From positions 65,014 to 129,013 of the forward strand of contig JAUIER010000001.1 in NCBI GenBank assembly GCA_030429765.1: DNA of 64,000 nt, written 5' to 3'. The translations under genes were made by a program, and so were the position numbers. This stretch comes from a bacterium. Its GTDB lineage: Bacteria > Omnitrophota > Gorgyraeia > Zapsychrales > Zapsychraceae. Below are positions 29,865 through 39,249 of this stretch, piece by piece. The notes beneath the pieces are model-generated. The model was not told the origin of the DNA. It made no database searches and was given only the letters and a program-made list of their open reading frames with translations. Each line of letters starts with the position of its first letter. Positions within the stretch are counted from its first letter, which is position 1.

Positions 29865-31505
29865 ATGAAGATATCAAATAAAATTACCATGCTGGTTATC
29901 TTTTTGCTGCTGGCGATGGGGATCAATACCTTCATCGGTCTGCAGCAGTTAAAGAAGGTCAGTGTGGAGTTTCGGCGGGTGGCGCAGCGCTATATCGCCT
30001 TAACCGAGGTCGTCACCAGCATTTCCCACGATCAGCTGGAGAAGGCCGTGCTCTTTGAACGCCTTCAACGCGTCGCGGAGGAAATGGCCTTTGAAAATGT
30101 GAATGCCTCCCGTAAAATCCATTTGCTGGATCATATTGAGATTACCAAGAAAGGGTTCGACCATCTTTCCGGCAAGGTGGCCGAAAAAATTATTGAGGGT
30201 CGCCTGCTGATCGATTTGCTGTTAAGCGAGGCCAACACGGTACTTAAAGCCGATGAGATTCAGGTCATCAAGAATAACCTTTCCAGTATTGAACGCGCGC
30301 ATATCAATTATGACAAATCCGTCAATACGATGATCGATCTGATTAAATCAGAGAAGCTTGAGATTTCCTTTGAGGATATCGGCAATTTACGGCGTGAAGA
30401 TAAGCGTCTGTCCAAGGCGATCCAAGAGTTATTGACATTGGTTCAGAAGTTTACCCGCAGTTCACTCAAGACAGCCGCGCAGGCGGAGAGTGTGGCCGGC
30501 AAGATCCTTTGGAACAGTTTGATCTTCAGCGTGCTGATCGGTATTCTCGTGGCGTTTTATCTGATCAAAAGCATTTCCCGTCCGTTGAAGCGTCTGGTCA
30601 ACGCGTCACAGAAAATCGGTGAGGGAGATCTGTCGGTTAAAGTTGAATCATCTGACAATTTTGAGATCAATGAGCTCAGCCATGCGTTTAATACGATGAC
30701 CGATCAGCTTTCGGAGGCCAAGGTTCAGTTGGAAGAAAAGAACAAGGCGTTAATCAAAAACCTGAATATCGTCGAGCAGCAGAAGAAAGATCTCGAAAAG
30801 GTCAACAAGGAGCTGGATAACTTTGTCGGTACGGTGAGCCACGACGTGCGCTCGCCGTTGACGGGGATCAGCGGTTACGCGACCATCCTTGAAACGCAGT
30901 ATGCCGAGCAGCTCGACAAGCGGGCGCAGCGCTGCATTCATGGTATTTCCAAGGGAACCCGTCGGGTCAATGATATGATCGTCGACTTGCTGCAGCTAAC
31001 CAAGATATCCCGGGTTCGTAATCCGTATGAAAAAGTGAACATGGATAATCTGATTGATTCGATTGTTGACCGTCTGGAATATCGGATTAATGAACACAAT
31101 GTGACGATCAATATTGCCGACAATATGCCGGTCCTGTTCTGCGACCGGATCAAGATTGGTGAGGTATTTCATAATTTGATCAGCAATGCGATCAAGTTTT
31201 CATCCAAGCAGGATTACCCGCCGGTGTTGAACATCGGATATACGGAAAATCCCAACAGTCATGAATTTTCGGTGAAGGACAATGGGATTGGAATCGCTCC
31301 GGAGGATCAGGAGCGCGTGTTCGGATTTTTCAAACGGCTGGAGAGCGCCAAGGAATTTGAGGGGACCGGAGCCGGCTTGAGCATTGTTAAAGAGATTGTC
31401 TCGGAGCATCAAGGTCAAATCTGGATTGATTCCAAGGTGGGGGAATACACCTGTTTTTACTTTACGATCAGCAAGAATCTGTCGAATGAATCCGTTCAAG
31501 GATAG
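29865..31505 (+). CDS. sensor histidine kinase (TM, HAMP, HisKA and HATPase_c domains)
   Basis: Two TM segments flanking a periplasmic domain, a HAMP domain, H-box VSHDVRSPL and a G-box GTGAGLSIVKEIV. No response regulator is adjacent. Confidence 0.8.
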   Translation: MKISNKITMLVIFLLLAMGINTFIGLQQLKKVSVEFRRVAQRYIALTEVVTSISHDQLEKAVLFERLQRVAEEMAFENVNASRKIHLLDHIEITKKGFDHLSGKVAEKIIEGRLLIDLLLSEANTVLKADEIQVIKNNLSSIERAHINYDKSVNTMIDLIKSEKLEISFEDIGNLRREDKRLSKAIQELLTLVQKFTRSSLKTAAQAESVAGKILWNSLIFSVLIGILVAFYLIKSISRPLKRLVNASQKIGEGDLSVKVESSDNFEINELSHAFNTMTDQLSEAKVQLEEKNKALIKNLNIVEQQKKDLEKVNKELDNFVGTVSHDVRSPLTGISGYATILETQYAEQLDKRAQRCIHGISKGTRRVNDMIVDLLQLTKISRVRNPYEKVNMDNLIDSIVDRLEYRINEHNVTINIADNMPVLFCDRIKIGEVFHNLISNAIKFSSKQDYPPVLNIGYTENPNSHEFSVKDNGIGIAPEDQERVFGFFKRLESAKEFEGTGAGLSIVKEIVSEHQGQIWIDSKVGEYTCFYFTISKNLSNESVQG

Positions 31506-31557
31506 GGCGGTCTGTTCATAAATATTGATTGTGGAAGCTTTTAAGGCACGGTAAAAT

Positions 31558-31944
31558 ATGGTCAAAACAAATAGATTTCTACCTGTCTGGATGATTGTCC
31601 TGGCGCTCATCATGCTGTCAGGGTGTGCTCGGACTATTCGTTATGAAGATATTTTATGGCAGGCCCAAACGGTGGACCCGTCCGATGGGATAGATGAAGG
31701 CGAGGCTGTCATCCTTGCCCAACAGTATTTGATCGAGAACAATTTTGACCAAGAACATTCGGTATACGAAATCCAAATTGTCGAGCCGCTGGAAGACGGA
31801 ATCCACTGGCTGGTCGTGTTTCGATCGGGGGTGAATCGGGGCAATAATCCCCGCCGACAATTTGATTATGTTCCGGCCCGGAATATCGTCGTCGACAAAA
31901 CGACGGGGTTTACGGAGATTGCGCTGGAGCAGCACTACGAGTAA
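31558..31944 (+). CDS. hypothetical lipoprotein
   Basis: Lipobox LIMLSGCA. Confidence 0.5.
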   Translation: MVKTNRFLPVWMIVLALIMLSGCARTIRYEDILWQAQTVDPSDGIDEGEAVILAQQYLIENNFDQEHSVYEIQIVEPLEDGIHWLVVFRSGVNRGNNPRRQFDYVPARNIVVDKTTGFTEIALEQHYE

Positions 31945-31947
31945 GTC

Positions 31948-33027
31948 ATGAAGAAGAAAGTACATTACCAATTAATTGCCGGGTTGATGGTTTTACTCTG
32001 GGTTGGATTTTTTTATCAGACTCGTGTCGAGGCCCAGGAACGTCCGGTTGATGTTAAAGAGATCCCGGCCGAATCCGACATGGATTTTCTGAGCTTTCAG
32101 GAGCAGGAGGAAATTACACCGCAGATCTGGTATGAAAAGGTCAAGGCGGGAGAAGCAAGCCTATTCGAACCCGGATTGTATAATTTTATCCGTACGTCCG
32201 ACTATAAATCGTTTCCCTTTGAAGGCGTCAAACGGTACTACAAAGTGCATCTTCCCAAAGAATACAGCCGTGATCGTCAATGGCCGTTGGTGCTGGTGTT
32301 TCATGGCGGGGGCGGTAATGCGGACTCAGCCGCCTGGGTTTCACAGATGAATGATAAAGCGGATCAGGAGGGATTTATCGTCGTATATCCTGAAGGAACG
32401 GGGCCGTACCAACACCGAATGCTCACCTGGAACGCCTGGACCTGCTGTGGTCCGGCGATGGAGCGAAATGTGAACGATGCCAAGTTTATCCGCGAACTGC
32501 TGTTTGCCTTGGACCGTAAATATATGCTGGACCCTCGACGGATATATGCGACCGGTTTTTCCAATGGGGGAATGTTCACCTACAAGCTGGCCTGTGAGCT
32601 GTCCGATATTATTGCCGCGTTTGCACCGATTGCCGGCGCGATGAACGGAGATTGTTATCCGCAACGCCCCATTCCATTAATTGTTTTTCACGGTATGCGG
32701 GATGAAAGGGTTCCCTATAATGGCGGGATGGGCTCCAAAAGTTTGAAAACCCGATACGATTCGGCCGTCAGCGATTCGGTAGGATATTTCAGTTATCACA
32801 ATAATTGTCTATCCACACCTGAGCGCCGGAATTATGGTAACGTCATTGTAGATTCCTACATTGGTTGCCAGAATGGCGGCGATGTCGAGGTTTATTCGAT
32901 TGTCGACCAGGGGCACGCGTGGCCAGGCGGTAAGAAGGCGCTTCGTATGGGAGCCGACGAACCGACCACTGATATTTCAGCGACGGATTTGATGTGGGAC
33001 TTTTTTCAACGACACCCGTTCTATTAA
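31948..33027 (+). CDS. secreted esterase of the PHB depolymerase (LpqC-like) family
   Basis: Signal peptide, an alpha/beta-hydrolase core (LVLVFHGGGGNADS) and a nucleophile elbow GFSNGG. Confidence 0.7.
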   Translation: MKKKVHYQLIAGLMVLLWVGFFYQTRVEAQERPVDVKEIPAESDMDFLSFQEQEEITPQIWYEKVKAGEASLFEPGLYNFIRTSDYKSFPFEGVKRYYKVHLPKEYSRDRQWPLVLVFHGGGGNADSAAWVSQMNDKADQEGFIVVYPEGTGPYQHRMLTWNAWTCCGPAMERNVNDAKFIRELLFALDRKYMLDPRRIYATGFSNGGMFTYKLACELSDIIAAFAPIAGAMNGDCYPQRPIPLIVFHGMRDERVPYNGGMGSKSLKTRYDSAVSDSVGYFSYHNNCLSTPERRNYGNVIVDSYIGCQNGGDVEVYSIVDQGHAWPGGKKALRMGADEPTTDISATDLMWDFFQRHPFY

Positions 33028-33039
33028 GGATGACCAACG

Positions 33040-33432
33040 ATGCTGATCGACGTCTTATTTCAATTTATCGCCTACATGATTTTTCAGTCACTGCTCCAGC
33101 TGCCTTTTGACTGGCTGTATCTGAAACCCCGCAAAGACAACCTGGATCGACCGGAAAGCATGAAGGAGTTCACGTTTTTTATCTGTATGCTCTTGGGATT
33201 GGCCATGGGTGCGATTACCCTTATCATTGTTCGATCACCATTCATCGGCAACAGCTGGTTGAGATTCATGAATTTGTTTATTACCCCGTATATCGTTGGC
33301 AAAACCATTCACTATATTCATCACCGACGGACATTTGAACCGGATCGGGTTTATCTATTCGATCATTTTTGGAACGCCTATATTTTCGCCTTCAGTACCG
33401 CCTTGTTACGGTTTGTTTTTGTCTGGAATTAA
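33040..33432 (+). CDS. hypothetical membrane protein
   Basis: Three to four predicted TM helices. No recognisable domain. Confidence 0.4.
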   Translation: MLIDVLFQFIAYMIFQSLLQLPFDWLYLKPRKDNLDRPESMKEFTFFICMLLGLAMGAITLIIVRSPFIGNSWLRFMNLFITPYIVGKTIHYIHHRRTFEPDRVYLFDHFWNAYIFAFSTALLRFVFVWN

Positions 33433-33441
33433 GGAGTACCT

Positions 33442-34866
33442 ATGAAAGTTATATTTGCCGCAATTCTACTTTTAAGTTTGCCGTCCGTGGTGTTGGCCGA
33501 GGAGTCAGTCTTTGCATTGATGGAACGTGGGGATGTCGATGGGATTGTGGAACGTATCCAGACCGACCCGATGGTCGTGTTATCAACGACGGAGGATGAA
33601 GCGAAGAACCAGCCGATTCATGTTGCCGCTCAAAAATGCTCTATCCCTTTGCTGCAGACGTTCATTAATGGCAAGGCGGACCTCAATGTCAAAAACTATT
33701 ACGGGCATACCCCGTTGATGATAGCGGCCGGTTCGTGTCCGTTAGACGTTGTAAAATTCCTGATCGAAAACTCGGCGGATCCGAAGGTAGCGACGGACCA
33801 GGATGGTTTTACGGCATTGCATTTTGCCATGCGCCAGGGGGAAGCCTTCGATATCATTGACTACCTGTTGTCACAGGGGGCGGATCTTAATGCCGTCACC
33901 CGGCTTCATCAGACAACGCCCTTAATCAACGCCATCAAGTACGGCCATATGGATTTGGTCCGGTATCTGCTCGAGAAGGGGGCTGATGCGTCAATCGGAC
34001 AACCTGTGTATGAGTTGATTCAATTGGGCTCGGCCACGCCGGCCATGATCGACTTGCTCCTCGAGCATAAGGCGGACATCAACGCGGCCAACCCGATTGC
34101 AGGAGCGATCGCCTATGGAAAGATAGACCTGGCCCGGTATTTGATCGAACAGGGAGCGGACATCAATCAGGCAGAAGCGTTGGCCCATGCAGCCGCCTAT
34201 GGGGATATGGATCTGGTCAAATACCTGGTGGAGCAGGGGGCCGATATTAATGCGGGTAACCGGACACCATTGATGCAGGCCGCGCAGGCGGGGCATCTGT
34301 CGATTGTCAAATATTTGCTGGAAAAAGAGGCCGATATCAATATGTTATCGGTGCCGGGTGAACAAACGGCCCTGTCGCTGGCTATTTGGAATGGACACAA
34401 GATTGTCACGGATGTGCTGATCAAGAACGGGGCGGCAAAGACGGTTTTTTCGGACGCCATGCTGGGCGAGATCGATCGGTTGGAAAAATATGGGCTTGAA
34501 GAATTGCTGGCTTCGCAGGATGCGTTAGGACGAATCCCGCTGATGGCCGCGATTGTGGGGCGGCAGAAAAAGGCGGTGGAATTTTTGCTAAGTAAAGGGG
34601 CGGATGTCAATGCGCGAACTTCAACGGACCAAATGTCGGCGTTACATATGGCGGTTGATCTAGGCCATCGTGAAATTGTCCGTTTGTTGCTCGATTCGGG
34701 GGCCGATATCACGGCTCAAATGAACGAATCCTTGTATGTACGTCCGGGGTATACACCCTTGCAAATTGCCGAAGAAAATAACGATGACTTTATGATCAAG
34801 CTACTGAAAAAATATTTGGATCAGACCAAGCAAGAGGAAATGACAACAGGTATACGGGAAGAATAA
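33442..34866 (+). CDS. secreted ankyrin-repeat protein
   Basis: Signal peptide followed by more than 10 ankyrin repeats (TPLMxAAxxGHxxxVKYLLExGADxN). Confidence 0.8.
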   Translation: MKVIFAAILLLSLPSVVLAEESVFALMERGDVDGIVERIQTDPMVVLSTTEDEAKNQPIHVAAQKCSIPLLQTFINGKADLNVKNYYGHTPLMIAAGSCPLDVVKFLIENSADPKVATDQDGFTALHFAMRQGEAFDIIDYLLSQGADLNAVTRLHQTTPLINAIKYGHMDLVRYLLEKGADASIGQPVYELIQLGSATPAMIDLLLEHKADINAANPIAGAIAYGKIDLARYLIEQGADINQAEALAHAAAYGDMDLVKYLVEQGADINAGNRTPLMQAAQAGHLSIVKYLLEKEADINMLSVPGEQTALSLAIWNGHKIVTDVLIKNGAAKTVFSDAMLGEIDRLEKYGLEELLASQDALGRIPLMAAIVGRQKKAVEFLLSKGADVNARTSTDQMSALHMAVDLGHREIVRLLLDSGADITAQMNESLYVRPGYTPLQIAEENNDDFMIKLLKKYLDQTKQEEMTTGIREE

Positions 34867-35420
34867 TGCAAACACTTCGAAGATTAGCCTTAAAACTTAT
34901 TATTGTATGTGTATTAAGCGTATCATGGTGTTCTATGGCGTCGGCTGAAAAGACAAAACTATCGAGCACGACGGATGTATGGCTGAGACTGGCCGAAATT
35001 GAAGAAGAGAAGACGGCCCTTTTTGACAAGTATCAGGAACAAAAGTCTGATCTTGATGCCCGATATCAATATGATTTTAATCATTCTAAGACACTCGAGG
35101 ATGGGGCCAAGTTCCGAAAGAAACTGAACCGGGTTTACAAGCAGCAAAAAGAGAAATTGCTTCAAACCTATCGATCGAAACAGCGGAAGCTGGAAAAAGA
35201 AGAGCGTAGGTTGAAGGGCCGGCCGGCCAAAATTGACATTCGGTCAAACGCCCAATACCGGTTGAAAAAAGACGACACTTACTCCACACGGGTTCAGAGG
35301 TCTCCGTCCAAGCGCGGAGGAAAAAGCTATATTAAAAAAAGCGGATACACCCCCAAGAAATTAAGACCGGCCAGGATTCCTTCAAGTCCGAGAAATTACA
35401 AAGGCAGTCACAGCAATTAA
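34866..35420 (+). CDS. hypothetical secreted basic protein
   Basis: Signal peptide and a Lys/Arg-rich low-complexity C-terminus. Start overlaps the stop of the ankyrin gene. Confidence 0.5.
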   Translation: MQTLRRLALKLIIVCVLSVSWCSMASAEKTKLSSTTDVWLRLAEIEEEKTALFDKYQEQKSDLDARYQYDFNHSKTLEDGAKFRKKLNRVYKQQKEKLLQTYRSKQRKLEKEERRLKGRPAKIDIRSNAQYRLKKDDTYSTRVQRSPSKRGGKSYIKKSGYTPKKLRPARIPSSPRNYKGSHSN

Positions 35421-35456
35421 ATGCGAGATTAATAATGGCATGGCGCTTCCTCTGAT

Positions 35457-35485
35457 TTGACAGCGGATATAACCTGTGCTATAGT
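35457..35485 (+). promoter_or_regulatory. sigma70-consensus promoter (TTGACA-17-TATAGT)
   Basis: TTGACA at 35457-35462 and TATAGT at 35480-35485, separated by a 17-nt spacer. Drives the leader upstream of the DMT transporter. Confidence 0.55.
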
Positions 35486-35494
35486 TTGCGAATC

Positions 35495-35584
35495 ATGAAA
35501 AACCTAACGATGAAAAAACTGCATATCATTTGTGTCGCGCTTTTTCCTGTGTGGAGAAAGTTGATGCGAGGAGGTGCGTTCTGA
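35495..35584 (+). other. 29-codon small ORF in leader transcript (MKNLTMKKLHIICVALFPVWRKLMRGGAF)
   Basis: The ATG lies about 10 nt downstream of the -10 element, so it is near-leaderless. The ORF ends before the intrinsic terminator. Confidence 0.3.
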
Positions 35585-35619
35585 TCCGTTAGGTAGAATC
35601 GAAATTTCGACCGTTTTTG

Positions 35620-35657
35620 AACCACCGAATCTCATTGAGGCTCGGTGGTTTTTTTAT
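35620..35657 (+). terminator. intrinsic terminator or attenuator hairpin (AACCACCGA...TCGGTGGTT plus a T7 run)
   Basis: 9-bp GC-rich stem followed by TTTTTTT, about 20 nt upstream of the transporter start codon. Confidence 0.6.
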
Positions 35658-35677
35658 TGGTCCTCACCTGTAATTTT

Positions 35678-36592
35678 ATGAAACAAGTAAAGAAAGATTT
35701 AAAGATGGGAATACATATCAAACTAGTCATTATGTCATTTTTGTACGCGGGCGGGTTCGTCGCCGGGAAGGTCGCCATGGCCGAGGCAGGTCCGTTTACG
35801 ATCGCATTTATCCGGTTTTTTATCGCGTCGATCATCCTGACTGTCGTCGTTAATCGGCAGGAGGAAACGACCCAATTGAATCCGCGGGATTATGTGATCG
35901 GGGCGATTGGTGCGTTCTTTGGAGTTTTTTGCTACAACTATCTCTTTCTAAGCGGGATTCAGTATGTCGATACGTCGCGGGCCGCGATTATAGTCAGTAT
36001 GATCCCGATTGTCGTCGCTGTGCTGTCGATGTGGATGTTTGACGAGCCCGGAGGGCGCGCCAAGATCACGGGCATCATCGTGTCCATGTCGGGAGCATGG
36101 ATCGTCCTCTCCGGGGGAAAGCTTTCCCAGATTCTCGTACAACCGCTGGGCAAAGGAGAGATGCTCCTGTTGGGATGCGTGCTTTGCGCCGCATGTTTTA
36201 CATTTTTATCGCGGCACTTGCTGAGGACGTTAACTCCATTAAGGACGATTACGATTATCTCGACATTGGGCGCCTTGTCCTTGGCTGGTCCGGCGTTGAG
36301 TGAAATCCGCAGCGGTATGATGGATTCGGTCTCGGTGCACTTTCTATGGAGTATTTTTTATCTAGGAATCGGACCGTCGGTTATCGGTGTAACTTTTTAT
36401 TATCAGGCGTTGCGGTTGATTGGACCCTCTCGGGCGACGCAATACATGAACTTGATGCCTGTGTTTGCGGTGTGCCTGGGAGTGATATTTCTGGACGAAC
36501 AAATAAACCGGACATTAATGCTGGGAGGCAGTTTAGTTGTCGCGGGGTTGTACCTGACCAACATGAATAAAAATCCAATGGAAAGGAGGTGA
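35678..36592 (+). CDS. EamA/DMT-family transporter
   Basis: Ten TM helices arranged as two EamA repeats. Start codon uncertain (MKQ at 35678 or MGIH at 35705). Confidence 0.75.
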   Translation: MKQVKKDLKMGIHIKLVIMSFLYAGGFVAGKVAMAEAGPFTIAFIRFFIASIILTVVVNRQEETTQLNPRDYVIGAIGAFFGVFCYNYLFLSGIQYVDTSRAAIIVSMIPIVVAVLSMWMFDEPGGRAKITGIIVSMSGAWIVLSGGKLSQILVQPLGKGEMLLLGCVLCAACFTFLSRHLLRTLTPLRTITIISTLGALSLAGPALSEIRSGMMDSVSVHFLWSIFYLGIGPSVIGVTFYYQALRLIGPSRATQYMNLMPVFAVCLGVIFLDEQINRTLMLGGSLVVAGLYLTNMNKNPMERR

Positions 36593-36597
36593 TAGAT

Positions 36598-36846
36598 ATG
36601 GAAATCAATTTATTTCCGGAGTATGAAAACCGGCCGGATAAAACGCTGATGGTCACATCATTGCTTTATTTCGAAGACGCCCTGATAAAGGAGCGCTTTG
36701 AAGAATGCCGTGAGTTATCACAGTTGGCCCGACGATATGGCGCGAAACAAAGTCAGATCAATCGGGTCATCGCGCGTCATATCCGTCGAATGAAAAAAAC
36801 GAATAGAAATGGTTTCAGCAAGAGTAAGAGAAACAAGCGATTCTAG
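36598..36846 (+). CDS. hypothetical small protein
   Basis: GGAGG ribosome-binding site 10 nt upstream. Basic C-terminus. No confident domain. Confidence 0.4.
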   Translation: MEINLFPEYENRPDKTLMVTSLLYFEDALIKERFEECRELSQLARRYGAKQSQINRVIARHIRRMKKTNRNGFSKSKRNKRF

Positions 36847-37005
36847 GAAGGAGGGTGCTATCGTGTATTACTCTTGTGATTAAAGAGGGCGGATCTGAAA
36901 AATGATCGGCCCTCTTTTTGTGATTATCACTTTAAAATTTGAAATGCTGTGGCATAATGTACCTAAGTCTATTAATAACATATAGATAGAAATAAGTCAG
37001 TTAGG

Positions 37006-38676
37006 ATGAAAAAAGTCAGTATGAAGAGAAGTTTGGATATAAGGATGCTGCTCGTTCTGGTGATGGGGCTGCTGTCGTTAAACTTTTTGAGCGTTTCCCA
37101 CGCGGCTGAGGAGGGCCTCCCCGACGGCGAGCATCGGGAGTTCTATAATGCCGCCAGGGTCAAGAAATTCTGGAATGTGAAAGACGGACAGATTCACGGT
37201 TCGTATAAGACATATTATAAAAGCGGTAAGTTGAAGGAAGAATTGCAGTATGAGCAGGGCGAGCTGCACGGCCTGCAAAAGAAATATTTTGAAACGGGGG
37301 TCGTTAGCGGTCAGTGGAATATGCTCAAGGGCAAGAAGCAGGGAGCCGAGCAGTTATATTATCCGAACGGTCAGGTCAAGGAAGTGAATAACTACAAAAA
37401 TAATAGATTTGACGGCAAGCAAATTAAATATCGTAAAACCGGATTGGTCCACAAAGAGAGAACATATAAGAACGGAAAGCTCAGCGGAACGCAGAAGGAC
37501 TATTGGTTAAATGGTCAGATTTCGGTGGTATCCAAGTATCAGAACGGCCGGTTACACGGGGAGTTCAAGACCTATTCACCATCCGGGGAATTGCTCAAGA
37601 TCAGTTTGTACGAGGATGGTCAGCCCGTGAGGACCGAGAAAGAGAATGAGCGGTTTGAACGATCTAATGAGGTTAAGAAAATATTGGATGCAACCAAGGT
37701 GGTCAAGAAAAGTTTTTACGATACAGGAGAGCTTCAGTCCGTCTCTCAGTTTGAGAATGGTGTGCTGCATGGATTGGTGAAAGAGTATTTTGAGAATGGC
37801 GGAGCCAGGAGCGTACAGCATTATGTTGAGGGATTGTTGGATGGTATACAGATTATCTACTTTGATAATGGTCAGATTGCCAGTAAAAATATTTATAGCG
37901 AAGGAAAGTATAATGGAATTCAGGAATTTTTCTATCGTAATGGTGTGTTAAGGGCCAGAGAGAATTATGTGATGGGAAAAATGGATGGACTTCAGGAGTA
38001 TTATTATGAAAATGGAGTGTTACTGGCACGCAAAGTATATACAATGGGAAATTTGTTGAGATTGCAGAAATTTATCTATGAAGACGGGGTTTTAAAAACA
38101 ATTGAGGAGCTCATTGAGAATCAGTTGATTGTGCGGGAAATAGTCGATAAAGAGGAGTCGAAGGACGATGTTGAGGAATCTATTCTGACCGATGTTTTTA
38201 TTCAGGCGGACATCCAGGAGTTTTACGAAAATGGAAATTTGAAGCTGGAGCTGGAGATCAAGAATGCCAAGAGGGTGTTGCAACGAATTTACTATGAAGA
38301 AGGCGGGCTTCACTATGAGATCAAGTGGGATGGCGGTGAGCAATTGTATTATGAATCGTATGGTATAGCCGGTGTCATGGAGAAAAGCGAGTATGCTGAT
38401 ATCCATAAGCGATCGGACCTGGTGGCGCATCAAGAGTTTTGTGACCTTATGGACGGAGAAATGTTGGAAAACGGATGTGATATACCGGCTAAAGACAGCG
38501 GGACGCCGTGTGAAGACTCGGATGAATGTCAGGCCTTTTGTGTTGCCTACAATGCCAAGCGGGATGACAAGGTCAAAGGTGAATGTTCCGCCCGGTCACT
38601 GACGATCAATGGCTGTTATCATCTGGTTGAGGATGGTGTGGCCACACAGCAAAAAGGGGATTGTTCGGCTCCATAG
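37006..38676 (+). CDS. secreted MORN-variant (YwqK-like) repeat protein with Cys-rich C-terminal domain
   Basis: Signal peptide and at least 12 MORN_2-like repeats. C-terminal approximately 100 aa carry 8 Cys residues. Paralogue of the 707-2263 gene. Confidence 0.7.
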   Translation: MKKVSMKRSLDIRMLLVLVMGLLSLNFLSVSHAAEEGLPDGEHREFYNAARVKKFWNVKDGQIHGSYKTYYKSGKLKEELQYEQGELHGLQKKYFETGVVSGQWNMLKGKKQGAEQLYYPNGQVKEVNNYKNNRFDGKQIKYRKTGLVHKERTYKNGKLSGTQKDYWLNGQISVVSKYQNGRLHGEFKTYSPSGELLKISLYEDGQPVRTEKENERFERSNEVKKILDATKVVKKSFYDTGELQSVSQFENGVLHGLVKEYFENGGARSVQHYVEGLLDGIQIIYFDNGQIASKNIYSEGKYNGIQEFFYRNGVLRARENYVMGKMDGLQEYYYENGVLLARKVYTMGNLLRLQKFIYEDGVLKTIEELIENQLIVREIVDKEESKDDVEESILTDVFIQADIQEFYENGNLKLELEIKNAKRVLQRIYYEEGGLHYEIKWDGGEQLYYESYGIAGVMEKSEYADIHKRSDLVAHQEFCDLMDGEMLENGCDIPAKDSGTPCEDSDECQAFCVAYNAKRDDKVKGECSARSLTINGCYHLVEDGVATQQKGDCSAP

Positions 38677-38789
38677 AAGTGGAGAGACGTAGTCTGAGAA
38701 TTTTATGAAAGGGTGAGTCGTTCGGCTCCCCCTTTTTTGTTGGATCAGAAAACCATGTACAATTTAAGTTGCTTTCGATACACTTAGAC

Positions 38790-39170
38790 ATGATGAAAAA
38801 AATTGCCACGGCTGCGGTCGTATACCACGAGAATAAAATATTAATCGCCCAACGGGCCAAGGATGATTACTGGGAGTTTCCCGGCGGCCGGATCGATGAA
38901 GGTGAAACACCTGAGGAATGTCTGATACGTGAATACTGGGAGGAGCTCGACATCGGGATTCGGATCACGGAGCAATGGCCCACCGTGGTCGGTCAATTTC
39001 GCGGACAGGATATGACGCTTTATTGTTTCAAGGCTGAATGGACCGAAGGGACGATCACGCGGGATCCGCTGGTACATCATGATGTGAAATGGATTGATCC
39101 GGAAGAATTATCCGATTATGAAATCATCGACGAAGATCGGGAGCTGGTGAAGTATATTCTGGAAATATAG
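38790..39170 (+). CDS. NUDIX hydrolase (MutT-like)
   Basis: Nudix box GGRIDEGETPEECLIREYWEELDI. Confidence 0.8.
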   Translation: MMKKIATAAVVYHENKILIAQRAKDDYWEFPGGRIDEGETPEECLIREYWEELDIGIRITEQWPTVVGQFRGQDMTLYCFKAEWTEGTITRDPLVHHDVKWIDPEELSDYEIIDEDRELVKYILEI

Positions 39171-39194
39171 GTTCGCCCGAAAATAATATCATCC

Positions 39195-39231
39195 ATAAAA
39201 AAAGGCAATCCATGCGGATTGCCTCTTTTAT
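39195..39231. terminator. bidirectional intrinsic terminator
   Basis: Hairpin AGGCAATCC-ATGC-GGATTGCCT flanked by an A-run on one side and a T-run on the other. Lies between the convergent NUDIX and lpdA genes. Confidence 0.7.
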
Positions 39232-39249
39232 TATATATATATGACAGCG

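Noticed and set aside
35492-35657. Assignment of the transporter leader to a known riboswitch class (guanidine, fluoride, preQ1)
   Set aside because: None of the conserved cores I can recall for those classes is present. It is kept only as an unclassified attenuator-like leader.
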